Shown piece by piece: positions 12,764 to 24,502 of a stretch of 64,000 bases of DNA. Below the pieces are notes generated by a model that was given only the letters and a program-made list of their open reading frames with translations, was not told where the DNA came from and made no database searches. How positions within the stretch are numbered: the stretch's first letter is position 1; each line of letters starts with the position of its first letter. Origin of the DNA: Raja brachyura (lineage: Eukaryota); NCBI GenBank assembly GCA_963514005.1, contig OY740790.1, positions 16,244,001 through 16,308,000 of the forward strand. Direction: 5' to 3'. A program made the translations under genes and the position numbers.

Positions 12764-14052
12764 CTGTGTAGAAAAAAACAGTCGATTAAGTGCTTTCAGT
12801 AAATATCACCCCACAAGCAGGCTGTGAAAATTAAACCAACCGCATCCAAATAGTAAACATTACAGGTACTTAAAAGGGCAAAACCAAAAAAACCCAAAAG
12901 TAACAAAGGTATAATTCCCAGATCATACCAAATTGGAAAGCTAATCAAAAACATGAGACAACTAGCTGAAAGTGAACACTTCTTCTAGCAGCAAATTGTA
13001 CTGTCAATTGCACTCAAGGAAACCTCATATTTTATTACTTAAAAAAAAAAAATCTTGATCATTTTATGAGAACACATTTTGTGGCCTTCTCAAAGTTTAT
13101 TCAACTTCAAGATCCGAAACATAAGTTGCTAACTATCATCACCTCACTCCTACTACCAATATAACTACTATGACTGGGCCTGCAGAAACATATTTTTAAA
13201 TTTAGAAAATCTTGCAAGCCAAGGCCTTAATTAAAAAGATGTTATGAACAGGCCATCATGCAATAGCTCCGAATTAATGACTCCACACACCAAGCCCCTC
13301 ATCAGCCTGAGTGGTAAATACATTTCAATTGTACCCCAATTCCAAACAGTTCTCAGTGTCGACCTAACAAAGATAATGGTTAGTACTTGATCAATAACAG
13401 GTTTAAGCTCCTAATGAAGCAGCAGCAGCATCATGGCTCTGTTTTAAAGTTTACTTGGTGCAGTACATGTTTAGATGGCACTGGGTAAAGCCGTTAAAGA
13501 TCAAAGACAGTGTGCAAATGTTTGGCAAATAAGAATTCAACTTTAAGATTTGTGAGGGTCTTTCAGCCCAGGTACTAGACAATTTGTATTTCAATGATAA
13601 GATTGGGAAATGCATAGAATTTCCAATAAAATGTCCGTCACAAATTAATGCAAAGATAAACTGGATTTAAAAAAAAGGCTAAACGAACATTGATATACTT
13701 TCATAGAAGTTGTAATTCAGAAGTGACATTTCAATTGCATGGAGCCTTGTACACATCATATATAGAGCGCAGCACTCAGTTATAATCGCCAAAGTACAGT
13801 AAAAAAAAAATGTATTTGGTGAAGAAAAAAGTCCAGGTTTCAGCAAGGCTTTAACAGCAGGAAGTTGCATAAATTTGCCGAGTCTCCCCTCGAGGGGTGA
13901 CCCAAAATGAATGTTTAAAATAATTAGTATCCATAAAGACAGGGCAAGTAAGAGAGGGTAAATTAATTATCTGGAACTGAATCATCCATTAAAATTTCTC
14001 ATCATGACATTTCAGTCAGCTTCACTGGAATGATCTCAAAAATCCTGCATAC

Positions 14053-14181
14053 CTCAACATTGCCATCATCATAGTTATTCTCTCCTTCAGCACTACCCTC
14101 ATTACTATCTTCACCATCACCATCCTCAATACCAGTATCATCATCCTCTTCCTCTTCCTCCTCGTCCTCTTCATATTCCTC
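14053..14181 (-). CDS. TPR: TPR exon 41 (129 nt, acidic)
   Basis: EEYEEDEEEEEEDDDTGIEDGDGEDSNEGSAEGENNYDDGNVE. Confidence 0.92.
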
Positions 14182-15039
14182 CTAAAATGGTTGAAAACAT
14201 TTGAGGTCAAATTCTTCAGGTCATGCAATTGAAAGATAAATTTAAAATTTCCAGGCAACTGTCTTTCAATAATTAGTTGTCTACCTATATATTGAACTTG
14301 ATTACTACCTATATATTGAGCTATTTTGTGAGAGAAACATTCAAATTTCTCCATAAAAACTAGTTAGAAGATAGGATGCTGGCTATGTTTCTAACTCTGC
14401 CATTGTGGAACGGACACATGCAGACGAAGCTGGGGTCCAGGGTGTAGAAGTTTGGCGGCCAGAGTTAGTGTCCTCTATTCCTGCATGCTTCAGCTCGTTT
14501 GACCTCATTCTTTTTCTGTTCTCCCTTTTAACTCCCAGGATTCATTAGAAAATTATACTGTTGTGAATCATGCAAAACAAAAATGTGTTGTGGTAATGAG
14601 TGGCATCCAATCGGCCAGAAAATCTGCCCGTGTGACAGCAAAGTCCTGAGTGTGGCAGAGTAAGGGTTTTACTATAATGAGTGGTGCAACAGGGATTAGT
14701 GCTTGGGCCTACTGTTAAGAATTGAAAAGAATCAAAGGAAATTTGCTTAGGAAGGAAATTAAGTTGCAAAGATAAAGCAAGGAGGATGCAAAAGGAAATA
14801 AGGTGAGACAGCAGTTTGACCAATGCATAATTATGTGGAGAAATGCAAAATAGCTCATTTATAAAATAAAGCATATTGCCTAAATAGTGAGATGCAGAAT
14901 CATTTTCCAGAGTTATTAATAATTTAAAAAAGGCTAAAATGCAAATACAACAATTGATTGTTATTGTAAGCCACTCGTTCACCCGTGATGATGCCTGGAG
15001 TGTTGTGAGGTGGCTGGCCATATCTGGAGGACTGTTTAC

Positions 15040-15335
15040 TTTGAAGTTTAGGGACACAGCATGGAGACAAGGCCCCTAGGCCCAACCGAGGCCATGCTGA
15101 CCACGATCGCCCGATCACTAGCTTTATCCTAGGCACGAGGATCAATTTGCAGCAGCCAATTAACTACAAACCTGCATGCCTTTCAAATGAGAGAAAGCCG
15201 GAGCACCCAGAGAATACCCACGTGGTCACGGAGAGAACGTACAAACTCCGTACATACAGCACCCATAGTCAGGATCAAACTCGTGTCTCTAGCACTTCTA
15301 CTCTAGCAACTCTATTGCTGTGCCACTCTGTACTG
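15040..15335 (-). mobile_element. tRNA-derived SINE (HE1/V-SINE-like)
   Basis: Reverse complement of the SINE copies at 20477 and 23893 (central ...gagtttgtacgttctc...ccgtgacc...ctccgg). Confidence 0.8.
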
Positions 15336-15776
15336 TATTGTATCTATCCCTGTAATTTGAGGAAAGACGGGATGGGCTAGGTTTGCATCACTAACCTAGA
15401 GAGCTAGAGATAACTTGATTGAAATACAAGATCCCAAGCGGCCTAGGTAAGGAGGGGATATTTTTTTTTCTGTGGGAATCTAAAATTAAGAGGCAATATT
15501 TATAATTACAAAGTTGTCCATTTAAAACAAAAGCAATTTTGTTTAACATTCAGATGATCAAATGTCTTTGGAACTCTCTGCCTCAATGGAAGCAAAGTCC
15601 TATATGTTTACGGCAAAAGGTGGATTGACGTGCCAGGAAGTCACTTATGAACAGTGGACATTTTCTTAATTCAAAATGTCTACTGTTCGTAATTAAACAG
15701 CTTAAAATGTGAATTGGGCTGAGATATCTGCCAAACACCATATGAATTAAATCTCATTCAGCTTCAGAATTTTTAC

Positions 15777-15968
15777 CTGCTCTGGGTCTTCTTCATTGTC
15801 TGGATCTTCATCACTCTCAATAATAATGTATTCAGTTTGTGTCTGAGAATTTTGTGATGACTGAGTATTTTGTTGATGTTCTGCTGGTTGGGGGATCAAG
15901 TTCAAAGGATGTGATATCTCTTCATTATCTTCCATCAGTTGAGAAGGTGGATATTCTTCAATAACCAC
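15777..15968 (-). CDS. TPR: TPR exon 40 (192 nt)
   Basis: VVIEEYPP...TEYIIIESDEDPDNEEDPEQ (hydrophobic core plus acidic tail, SIM-like). Confidence 0.9.
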
Positions 15969-16409
15969 CTGCAAAAAAGGAAGAATATAAATTATTTTTT
16001 ATTGGGCAAATTACTGCGTAAGAACAAATTACTCCATAATTACAAATATTACATGCAAGTGCAAACAATATACAAAATCTTGTTTATTGTTGGGTTACAT
16101 GTGTTATCTGCTTAGGCTGTTGTAAGTTATCATAGCCAAGTTCTTTGCATTGTGATAATTTGTCAATGCAGAAGTTTTTGAAATATTTTGCCCAGATATC
16201 ACTTTGATTTATTTGCAATCAATTTTAATAACAGTTTCACTTAAGTACAATTATATGGCTCATTTTGTTCAGCAATATATACCAACATGGAGGTATCCTT
16301 ACTGTCAATCATTTTTTTCAAAAAGGGTAATGGTGCAGAGATTACAGGTTTGTAAGTGCTGGCAAAGCAATCCTTGTATCGACAAGGATTAAATCAGGTA
16401 AATTAAATG

Positions 16410-16490
16410 AGTAAATCAGCAGGACAGGCAGCATCTCTGGAGAGAAGGAATGGGTGACGTTTCAGGTCTTGACCATTCTTCAGACTAGTC
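16410..16490 (-). mobile_element. short Penelope-like terminal repeat with hammerhead-ribozyme-like core
   Basis: Minus strand reads AGT CTGAAGA ATGGTC-AA-GACCT GAAAC GTC ACC, then cattccttctctccagagatgctgcc. Confidence 0.65.
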
Positions 16491-17605
16491 AGGGAAAACA
16501 TCCTTGTAGTTTGCTACATTTCACTGTGCAATGTTTGCTCTGAACTATTTCAACAATGAGGTTACTTTTCTTGTCTGGGTCTGGGAAACTTTTAGATCTT
16601 TATACATGATTCCTATTTTTCAGCAGAGGGCTGTGAATGCACACTGGCGCACCAGTTTTCAGTTCTAGAAGTGCAATTTCCTGAGGCAACTGTACTTCAT
16701 TAAAAGTATAGTGTGGCTCGTAATTGGATTATGAGTATTGATGGCTAACAGTCTTCTTGAAGCACCACAGTTTGTGTGGTAAATATAGTCTCAGTGTGCT
16801 TTTTGATCAGGAGCTCCAGGTTTAAGCGTCAATGACGAAGGAAGGAAGGGTGATGTGGTTCCAAGTCAGAGAGGCACCCATAACCTCTCTCAACTTCGAC
16901 TTGTGACAAAGGTCACAAATTTGTGGGAGAGCCCTACGGCAGGGAGCTGCAAAATAGTCCAAATAATATGCTGAGAGCAGGCATTGGGTCGCTGTAGAGG
17001 GAATGAGATATTCAAGATCATGGTCAGTGTGTTGGTTAACAAACTTGTTTTGCCCTGAATGTTACTGCACTTTTTACATGGTTATTCTAGAAGGTTCCTC
17101 ACTCTTCCAGGCTGGTAGAGAATATTCTGGTTATTTTGGTGTTTTTTTGAGGGCAACAAATGTTGGCCAAGCGATTAATAAATTATTTACGTAATATTTT
17201 GAGGATAAGAAATAGGCTACATTCTACAGAATACAATGTTCTGATATGTTGCTATTATCACACAACGTGTGTGGTGACCCATAACATTTCTGATCAATGC
17301 CGATTCCCTGGTTACAGATGGACGAGAATTCAACAATGCTTTTTGGAAAGAATCATGAACCATACTAACAGGTCGTTCGGCCCATGGCACCATGTTGTCA
17401 ACTGTGCATGATGTCAAGGAGATGGGTCCTTAAATTTACACATTAACTCGATTAAATATTACCAATATCGGCAAATTTCACCAGTTGGGCAAAATGACAA
17501 AAATAATTTCATGCAAAGGAGAATAAATGTCAATGAACAAAAGATGTTATGGACTTCAGGAGCTGAAATCCAAATGATCTCAATTCCCAGATGGCATATG
17601 AGATA

Positions 17606-18533
17606 CAGTGCCCTCCATAATGTGCGGGATAAAGACCCATCATTTATTTATTTGCCTCTGTACTCCACAATTTGAGATTTGTAATAGAAAAAAAATCATA
17701 TGTGGTTAAAGTGCACATTGTCAGATTTTATTAAAGGGTATTTTTAATACATTTTGGATGCACCATGTAGAAATTACAGCTGTGTTTATACATTGCCGCC
17801 CCCCCCCCCCCCCCCCCAATTTCAGGGCACCACAATATTTGGCACACATGGCTTCATAGGTGTTTGTAATTGCTCAGGTGTTTGTAATTGCTCTGCATGA
17901 AGTCTTTTGCAGACAGTGGTCATTGTCAAATCCACACCCGACTCCTGAAGAGTGTTTCTGATCTGTCGGATAGGTGTTTGGGAATTTTTCTTTATTATAG
18001 AGAGTCCCTTTGCGATTAGTAAGCACACCAGTGCTCTCTTAATGATGTTCCAAACAGTTGATTTTGGTAAGCCTAAGGTTTGGCTGATGTCTCCAACAGT
18101 TTTATTCTTGTTTCTCAGTCTCATAATTGCTTCTTTGTCTTTCATTGGCACAACTTTGGTCCTCATGTTGATAAACAGGAATAGAAGTTTCCAAATGTGA
18201 TGAAAAGACTGGAGGAAAGACTAGATACTGAGAGCTCTCTTATACATGCATTAAGGAGGCATTTAAACACACCTGAGCAATTACAAACACCTATGAAGCC
18301 ATGAGTCCCAAATATTGTGGTGCCCTGAAATGGGGGGGGGGGGGGGGCAATGTATAAACACAGCTGTAATTTCTACATGGTGCATCCAAAATGTATAAAA
18401 AATACCCTTTAATAAAATCTGACATTGTGCACTTTAACCACATGTGATCTTTTTCTATTACAAAACTCAAATTGGGGAGTACAGAGGCAAATAAATAAAT
18501 GATGGGTCTTCATCTCAAACATGGAGAGCATTG
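17606..18533 (-). mobile_element. internally deleted Tc1/mariner transposon (IR/DR type), TA target duplication, about 270-bp TIRs
   Basis: TA|CAGTGCCCTCC...GGAGAGCATTG|TA; long inverted repeats at 17606-~17880 and ~18262-18533; residual N-terminal paired/HTH transposase ORF (DISQTLGLPKSTVWNIIKR...); no DDE domain. Confidence 0.93.
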
Positions 18534-18603
18534 TACCTAGTCAGGATGTAATATTACACCCATTTCATTCCAGTCTAAAATTGACTGGTGGCAATTAACT
18601 CAC

Positions 18604-18699
18604 TTGGGTGAGAGAGTCCTGTGAATCCAAGTTCTCTGACTGCATCTGCATTTCAGTATCTGTTTCTGCGCTTTCATCCACCTCTTGCATGTGCTCTTC
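18604..18699 (-). CDS. TPR: TPR exon 39 (96 nt)
   Basis: EEHMQEVDESAETDTEMQMQSENLDSQDSLTQ; cctcag / GTGAGT. Confidence 0.88.
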
Positions 18700-19551
18700 C
18701 TGAGGTTGAAACAGTTTAGTAGTATAGTTTTTAATGATGTTAGCCTTTAACATTAATTCTACAAAAACATTTCAAAAACTAGCAGTGGAGCACGAAATTC
18801 AGTATGTATATTTTTTGCCCTAACTTTCCGTTTCTGACTACACAAACTGAAAATCCACCATCCAACCATTAGGAAATTTCGATGGTTCAGAATAAGGCTC
18901 AATGGGCTTCCTTCCTATTCACTGAAGTTCCAGTTACTGTGCTACCTTCATATTTATCTGGCTCACTGGAAAATTCATTGTAATGCTGTTTAACAGATAT
19001 AAAAGTGAATTCAATGTGCAATACCCTATAGTCCGGAAAATCTACCCTCCTAGCACCACAAAAGTCCTGATAGTGATGGATTATCAGAGTTTTAGAATAG
19101 AATAGAATGCCTTTTATTGTCATTCAGCTTGGTTTGAACAAGATTTCACAAATATTTAAGCTATTTGCCATTCACAAACATATTAAATGTAACAAGCCAG
19201 TTCAACTATATATTCAGCCATTAATTAGATTACTGCTATTCAATAGTGAACCCCCATTTATCTTGATACAATCACCCATCTGATTGACTTAGAAAATGGC
19301 ACTTGTTTCACCATTCACGTGCATTTAAGGGGGATGGTTCCAGATTACAACAACCCTTTGTGGAAACAAACACTCTCGAACTGTATTCCTTTGTGGTTTG
19401 TCTCTAATTTTATTTTGCTCATTTGTTCAGGATTTCCAAAAGCATACAAATGTTTTTCCTGTTTATGTGATTGAATCAAGAGATGCTCCCATAGCCCTAC
19501 TTCCTGTCTATTTTCCAATTACACCAGGAATACATCAACCATCTCACGTAC

Positions 19552-19682
19552 TGCTCGTTGGGTAAGTTTCAACTTCTTTGGTTGATGTTCCAAAGATTCA
19601 TCCTGGCCATGAACTGTGTTATCCGCACTCATCTCGTCATCGTCTTCACGCTGACGCTTGGATATAGTAGTGGAACCTGAAA
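19552..19682 (-). CDS. TPR: TPR exon 38 (NLS-bearing; donor uncertain, 19552 or 19540)
   Basis: SGSTTISKRQREDDDEM...HQPKKLKLTQRA; bipartite basic motif as in the TPR NLS. Confidence 0.8.
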
Positions 19683-20476
19683 CTGAAAGGCGACACCTTA
19701 TGAAACCATTATTTCAACTCAAAAGGCCCAAAAAGATCCTAAAAATCCACAAAATTATTCACTTGTGTGAAAATGGCTCATTAAAAGAAATAGACAAAAG
19801 GAGTTATCCAATACATTTGTTATTAATTCACCAGATAATTAAGGATATGTATGCCATATGGACCACGGGGCACGATCTTAAATCTAAAAAAAGGAATAAT
19901 GGGCCAAACACAGGCAGGTCGGATAAGTACAGGGAGACATTGTCATCGGCATGAACTAATTGCTATCGTGCTGCATTAAGTTATGACTCTATTCCAAGGG
20001 AAACTTTCACAGATAAAACCAGAGCATAGTATGGAATTCTTCCCCAACCACCCATCCTCACTGAATTTGACATTTCCAAGACTGAGGCCATTAAGATTTT
20101 TGTTATTCATTCAAGGACGTGAAGGGGTGTGTAGTAAAATAGTGGAGTTAATGCAGATCAGCCGCGGTCTATAGAATTGTCAGAACAGACACGAGTTGAA
20201 TGACTTGCTCTCATCCCTAAGCGACAAAATTAATAAAGTCTGAAGAGAAAAATGACAAGGTTAAGAAGATTAGGTTGGCGAGAACAAATTAATAAAATGC
20301 AGGAAGATAAACATAGTCGATGTTTCATGTCACAGACAATAGGTGGAAACTCCTATCTTAAACCATTTGCCCCTTTCTCTTCCCAAAGAGATGGAGTGAC
20401 CTGCTCAGTATTTCCAGCATTGTTAGTTCTCGACAACTTAAATCTTCTTAATCTTGAAGTGTAATTTTCCTAATGT

Positions 20477-20755
20477 GCGGCAATGGTGGCGCAGCAGTAG
20501 AGTTGCTGCTTTACAGCACCAGAGACTCGGGTTCGATGCTGTCTGTATGGAGTTTGCACGTTCTCCCTGTGACCTACGTCGGTTTTCCTCCCACACTCCA
20601 AAGACCTACAGGTTTATAGGTTAATTGGCGTGGTAAAATTGTAAATTGTCTCTAGTGTGTGTAGGATAGTGTTAGTGTGCGGGGATCACTGGTCGGCACA
20701 GATTCAGTGGGCCGAAGGGTCTATTTCAGCACTGTAACTCTAAATTAAATTAAAC
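20477..20755 (+). mobile_element. tRNA-derived SINE (HE1/V-SINE-like)
   Basis: A-box TGGCGCAGCAG, B-box GGTTCGATGC, conserved central domain, LINE-like tail ending (TAAAT)n. Confidence 0.85.
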
Positions 20756-20846
20756 TTACAGATTTCCAGCATCTGTCGTTCTTTTTGATTTCCAGGATTA
20801 AGTTATACTTTGAAGAAATCATTTTCAGATCACAACATAAACTAAC

Positions 20847-21122
20847 CTGTTCCAAATACAGCTGTAGAAGTGGATGGTCGTTCTAATTGGGTATTCTGCA
20901 CCACATCTCCGAGGTTTGTTGAAAGTTCCTGATTTGCTGGCTCTATCTGCTGAAGAGATTGTTGGGTGGGCTGTACAAAGGCTGTTGCCTGTGTCTGCTG
21001 CTGTTGGACTGTTAAAATTGGCTGTGACAAGCTCGGGATATTTGGACTCGTAGAACGCACTGTTCCACTTGTGCTACCGAAAACGGTCACATGTTCCACT
21101 GGTCCTTCTGACTGGATGGCTG
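20847..21122 (-). CDS. TPR: TPR exon 37 (276 nt, or 273 nt with the NAGNAG acceptor)
   Basis: [27 protein letters not shown]...[12 protein letters not shown]. Confidence 0.94.
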
Positions 21123-21306
21123 CTGAATAAGGGCACGGGCAAAACTGTCTATTAGGACATAGCTTTCCATGAAACAAAATATAATTGGTTTTAAAAATCA
21201 AATTGTCTTCTACAGTGGCAAGTCTATGTGATTATTATACAACTGGTACCTTAAGGCTATTAGATAGCTGTAAATGCTACACGATTCAATGTTTAAAACT
21301 AGATAC

Positions 21307-21515
21307 CTTCTTGAGTTTCAACTTGTGTTGTTGGCATCACCGTTGCAGTTGGTGTTGTGGCCGGTCCCGAGACAGTCGCTGGAGTAACCATTGGGCGAAT
21401 ACTGGCTCTTGGTGTGGACTTACTGCCAGGCACTGGACCAGCAGCTACCTTACTCGGTGTTGCCACGAGAGGGGTTGGCTTGATATTGGCCGTTGGTGGA
21501 TCAGATGAGCATGAA
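21307..21515 (-). CDS. TPR: TPR exon 36 (209 nt)
   Basis: [12 protein letters not shown]...[16 protein letters not shown]...[11 protein letters not shown]. Confidence 0.95.
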
Positions 21516-21849
21516 CTGTGTAACATTTTATAGAAAGTTTTATCGTAAAAAGATTGCCGTTCATAATGAAAGTATAATTAAAAAATGAACAGAAAAATCA
21601 ACTCTGACTGTAAACATACAACGCTACTGGAATGTGCTGTAACTGTTAAAAGCTGCCAGATATGTTTCCTTTTAAAAGTAAAGCAAGATTGAACAGCAGA
21701 GTTACCTTCCGTTGCCAAATCTTGTGTTAAAAAAGACAGCGTTCTTCATTTAGTTACATGAGAATTTAGGATGGGTATATGCAAAGTACCACTTTATATT
21801 GATATTTGGGGCTAGTTGTAAAACAAAATGACATGGGTACAGATAATAT

Positions 21850-21976
21850 TTAAGAAGGAACTGCAGTTGCTGGAAAATCGAAGGTAGACAAAAATGCTGG
21901 AAAACCTCAACGGGTGAGGCAGCATCTATGGAGCGAAGGAAATAGGCAATGTTTCGGGTCGAGACCCTTCGAGACT
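21850..21976 (-). mobile_element. copy of the same Penelope-like short repeat (core decayed)
   Basis: GGGTCTCGACCCGAAAC retained, CTGAAGA disrupted. Confidence 0.65.
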
Positions 21977-22000
21977 GCTACAGATAATGCTTATTCTCAC

Positions 22001-22080
22001 CTTCCTCTGTCTGTAGATACAGTAGTTTGTTTCAAGGTGATTTGCCTCTGTGGATCCAACTGTCTCTGTGGTTCAGAAGT
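22001..22080 (-). CDS. TPR: TPR exon 35 (80 nt)
   Basis: TSEPQRQLDPQRQITLKQTTVSTDRG; GTGAG donor. Confidence 0.9.
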
Positions 22081-22808
22081 CTAATGCAAAACAGAAATAA
22101 ATCTTATCATTGGTGTCACATTATGCTATGCATTCAAAATGTACAATTATATTCTGCATTTAGGGAGTCACATCGGCCATTCCAATGTGTTAAAAATAAT
22201 TTCTCTCATATACCTTTATGGTTTAAGCTGCTAGATTTTCATAACATAATTAAAAGATAAGGCAACAGCTCTCAAAAAACTTTGCTGAGGCAGTCACAAC
22301 TATTTATATGCACAATGCAGAGATACAAATAATTTACAATACAAAATTACTTGAATTTTCAGGAAACTCAACGTTTTGATATAACAAAAGGTAGTTTTGA
22401 ATAACCTGATGCAGAGACAGAGAATACAATACTGTATTTTCATCGATGTCGCTGCACCAAGTGGCTCAGTGAGTTAATTTTTATATTCTCCAAGTATCTA
22501 GTCATATGGCAATTACCCCCCAAAATGCATACATTGGAAGTCAAGGAAAGAGCATTCACATCGCGACCCTGTTTCCACCACCATGCACAAGAAGCACAAG
22601 ACAGACACCATTGTATGCAGATGCCGAGAAGTGTATTCAGCTCTGGCTGAACAACTTCTAACCTTGTGTGTGGACTTGATAAGAAGAATACCATATAAAT
22701 GAATCAAGTATCAAATTCCCTTTCCAATTTTGTCAATTACATTTATAATATATATATATAATATATATAGATCTTTGATCTTCCATGCCAGGACCTTTCT
22801 GCACATAC

Positions 22809-23032
22809 CTTAATGGTTAGTTCTTGTGGTTCCTCACGTTGTTCATGTCGTTCCTGGTGTTCTTTCAGCTCTCGTTTGAGTCGAGTAATATGACCGTCAT
22901 ACTGTGATTTCAATGCACTCATGCGCACCTCCAGCTCCTCTCTTTGCTGATCCAAACTACTGACACGCTGCTTAAACTCTTCATTGTGTTGCTTCAACTC
23001 TTCATTCTCCTTTGCCAATTGTTCCTTCAAAC
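22809..23032 (-). CDS. TPR: TPR exon 34 (224 nt)
   Basis: [14 protein letters not shown]...[35 protein letters not shown]. Confidence 0.95.
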
Positions 23033-23892
23033 CTAAAACAAACCAACTGGCTTAATTTCAAATCAGCAAAATATCATTCTCTACACATTTATTTTCATGC
23101 TTGAAGATAAACGGTTATAAGGATTAGTAACAGAAAGCTTTAAAGACATTTCATAACGTTAGAGCAAGTTTTATCTCAATTCTTGGTTGGAACAGTTTAT
23201 TTAACTGATGCAAATTAATATTCGTCAATATTCTCTATATCCCCAAATAAAAACATCAGAATTTTATTTTCCTAGATTTTTGGAAAGTCCAGAAGAGTGC
23301 ATTGTCATATGCAAATGTAGAGTAACAACATTGGAAACATTTGCCCATTTTCCTCTCTATATTGATACAATTATCTCCCATTAAACAGATTCTTCCCCCC
23401 ACCTCTTATTTGTCCATATCTTTTTTTCTTACACAAGCCCATTAACAACGCTCCAAGTCTCACACCACCAAACTATACAAGGGGCAGTTCAAGTAATTAC
23501 CCAACAGTCAACTTGCATTTGGGATGTAGAAGCAAAATGGAGAAGCAGAGGAAGCCAACGCAACTACAAGGAGAATGTGTAAACTCAAGATAAACATGGG
23601 TTGCTGGGACTGTGGAACAGCTGAATTATCTGCGACACGAGCACAATACTCTAGCATTACATTCCTTTGTACTTAATGAGATGAAAGCTAATTGCAATTT
23701 GATCCAGTTTAGGATTAAGGCACTCCCCCTTCCCAGTACTTCTATAAAACAGCTGATTTTGGCATTAGTTACATTAGAGGGCCACCAAAAGCTGGTCCTC
23801 GCAATCAGTTAAATAAAACACAAGCAATATTTCCAGTGTATTAAGAAATCCTATATTAATGACCTGTGCAGATATGCATATTGAACACTCAT

Positions 23893-24196
23893 CGGCACAG
23901 CGGTGCGCACAGTGATGCAGCGGCAGAGTTGCTGCCTTAGTGCCAGAGACCTGGGTTGGATCCTGACCATGGGTGCAGTCTATATAAAATTTGTACATTC
24001 CCCCTGTAACCACGTGGGTTTCCTCCGGGTGCTTCGGTTTCTTCCCACACTCCAAATACTGTAGGTTAACCAAGTAGGTTAATTGGCTTTGGTAGAAATC
24101 GTAGTGTCCCTAATGTGTAGGATAGTGCTTGTGTACGGGGGTGATCACTGTTTGGCGCTAGTCAGTGGTCTGAATAGTTTGTTTCTGCGCTGTATC
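23893..24196 (+). mobile_element. tRNA-derived SINE (HE1/V-SINE-like)
   Basis: Same architecture as the 20477 copy. Confidence 0.82.
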
Positions 24197-24303
24197 ACTG
24201 CAGTGTGAGGGTACAAGCATGAACTCTAATTATCTGTTCTTTACTACAATCTATTATTCTATTCACTATTGTAAAAGAATTTGCAAAAATACAAATGGCT
24301 GAC

Positions 24304-24502
24304 CAGCTAGCTGTGTTATCTTCTGTTTGGCTACCAATATTGCTTTCTTGGTCTTCTCTTCTTTCTCCAGTATCTGTTGCCGAAGCTGTTCTTCAAGGTT
24401 TGCTTTCTCCTGCAGTTCCTGGCGCAAGCGTGAAAGTTCCCCTTGCAACTGGGTTACTTCATCCTGTAACTTTTTAACTTCAGATTCCTTCTCACTTACA
24501 GA
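24304..24502 (-). CDS. TPR: TPR exon 33 (199 nt)
   Basis: [13 protein letters not shown]...[30 protein letters not shown]. Confidence 0.95.

Noticed and set aside
14545-15057. 170-aa minus-strand ORF
   Set aside because: No recognisable motif, AT-rich composition, starts in a SINE tail; probably a chance ORF.
20477-20545. tRNA gene
   Set aside because: The A and B boxes belong to a SINE head; there is no complete cloverleaf.
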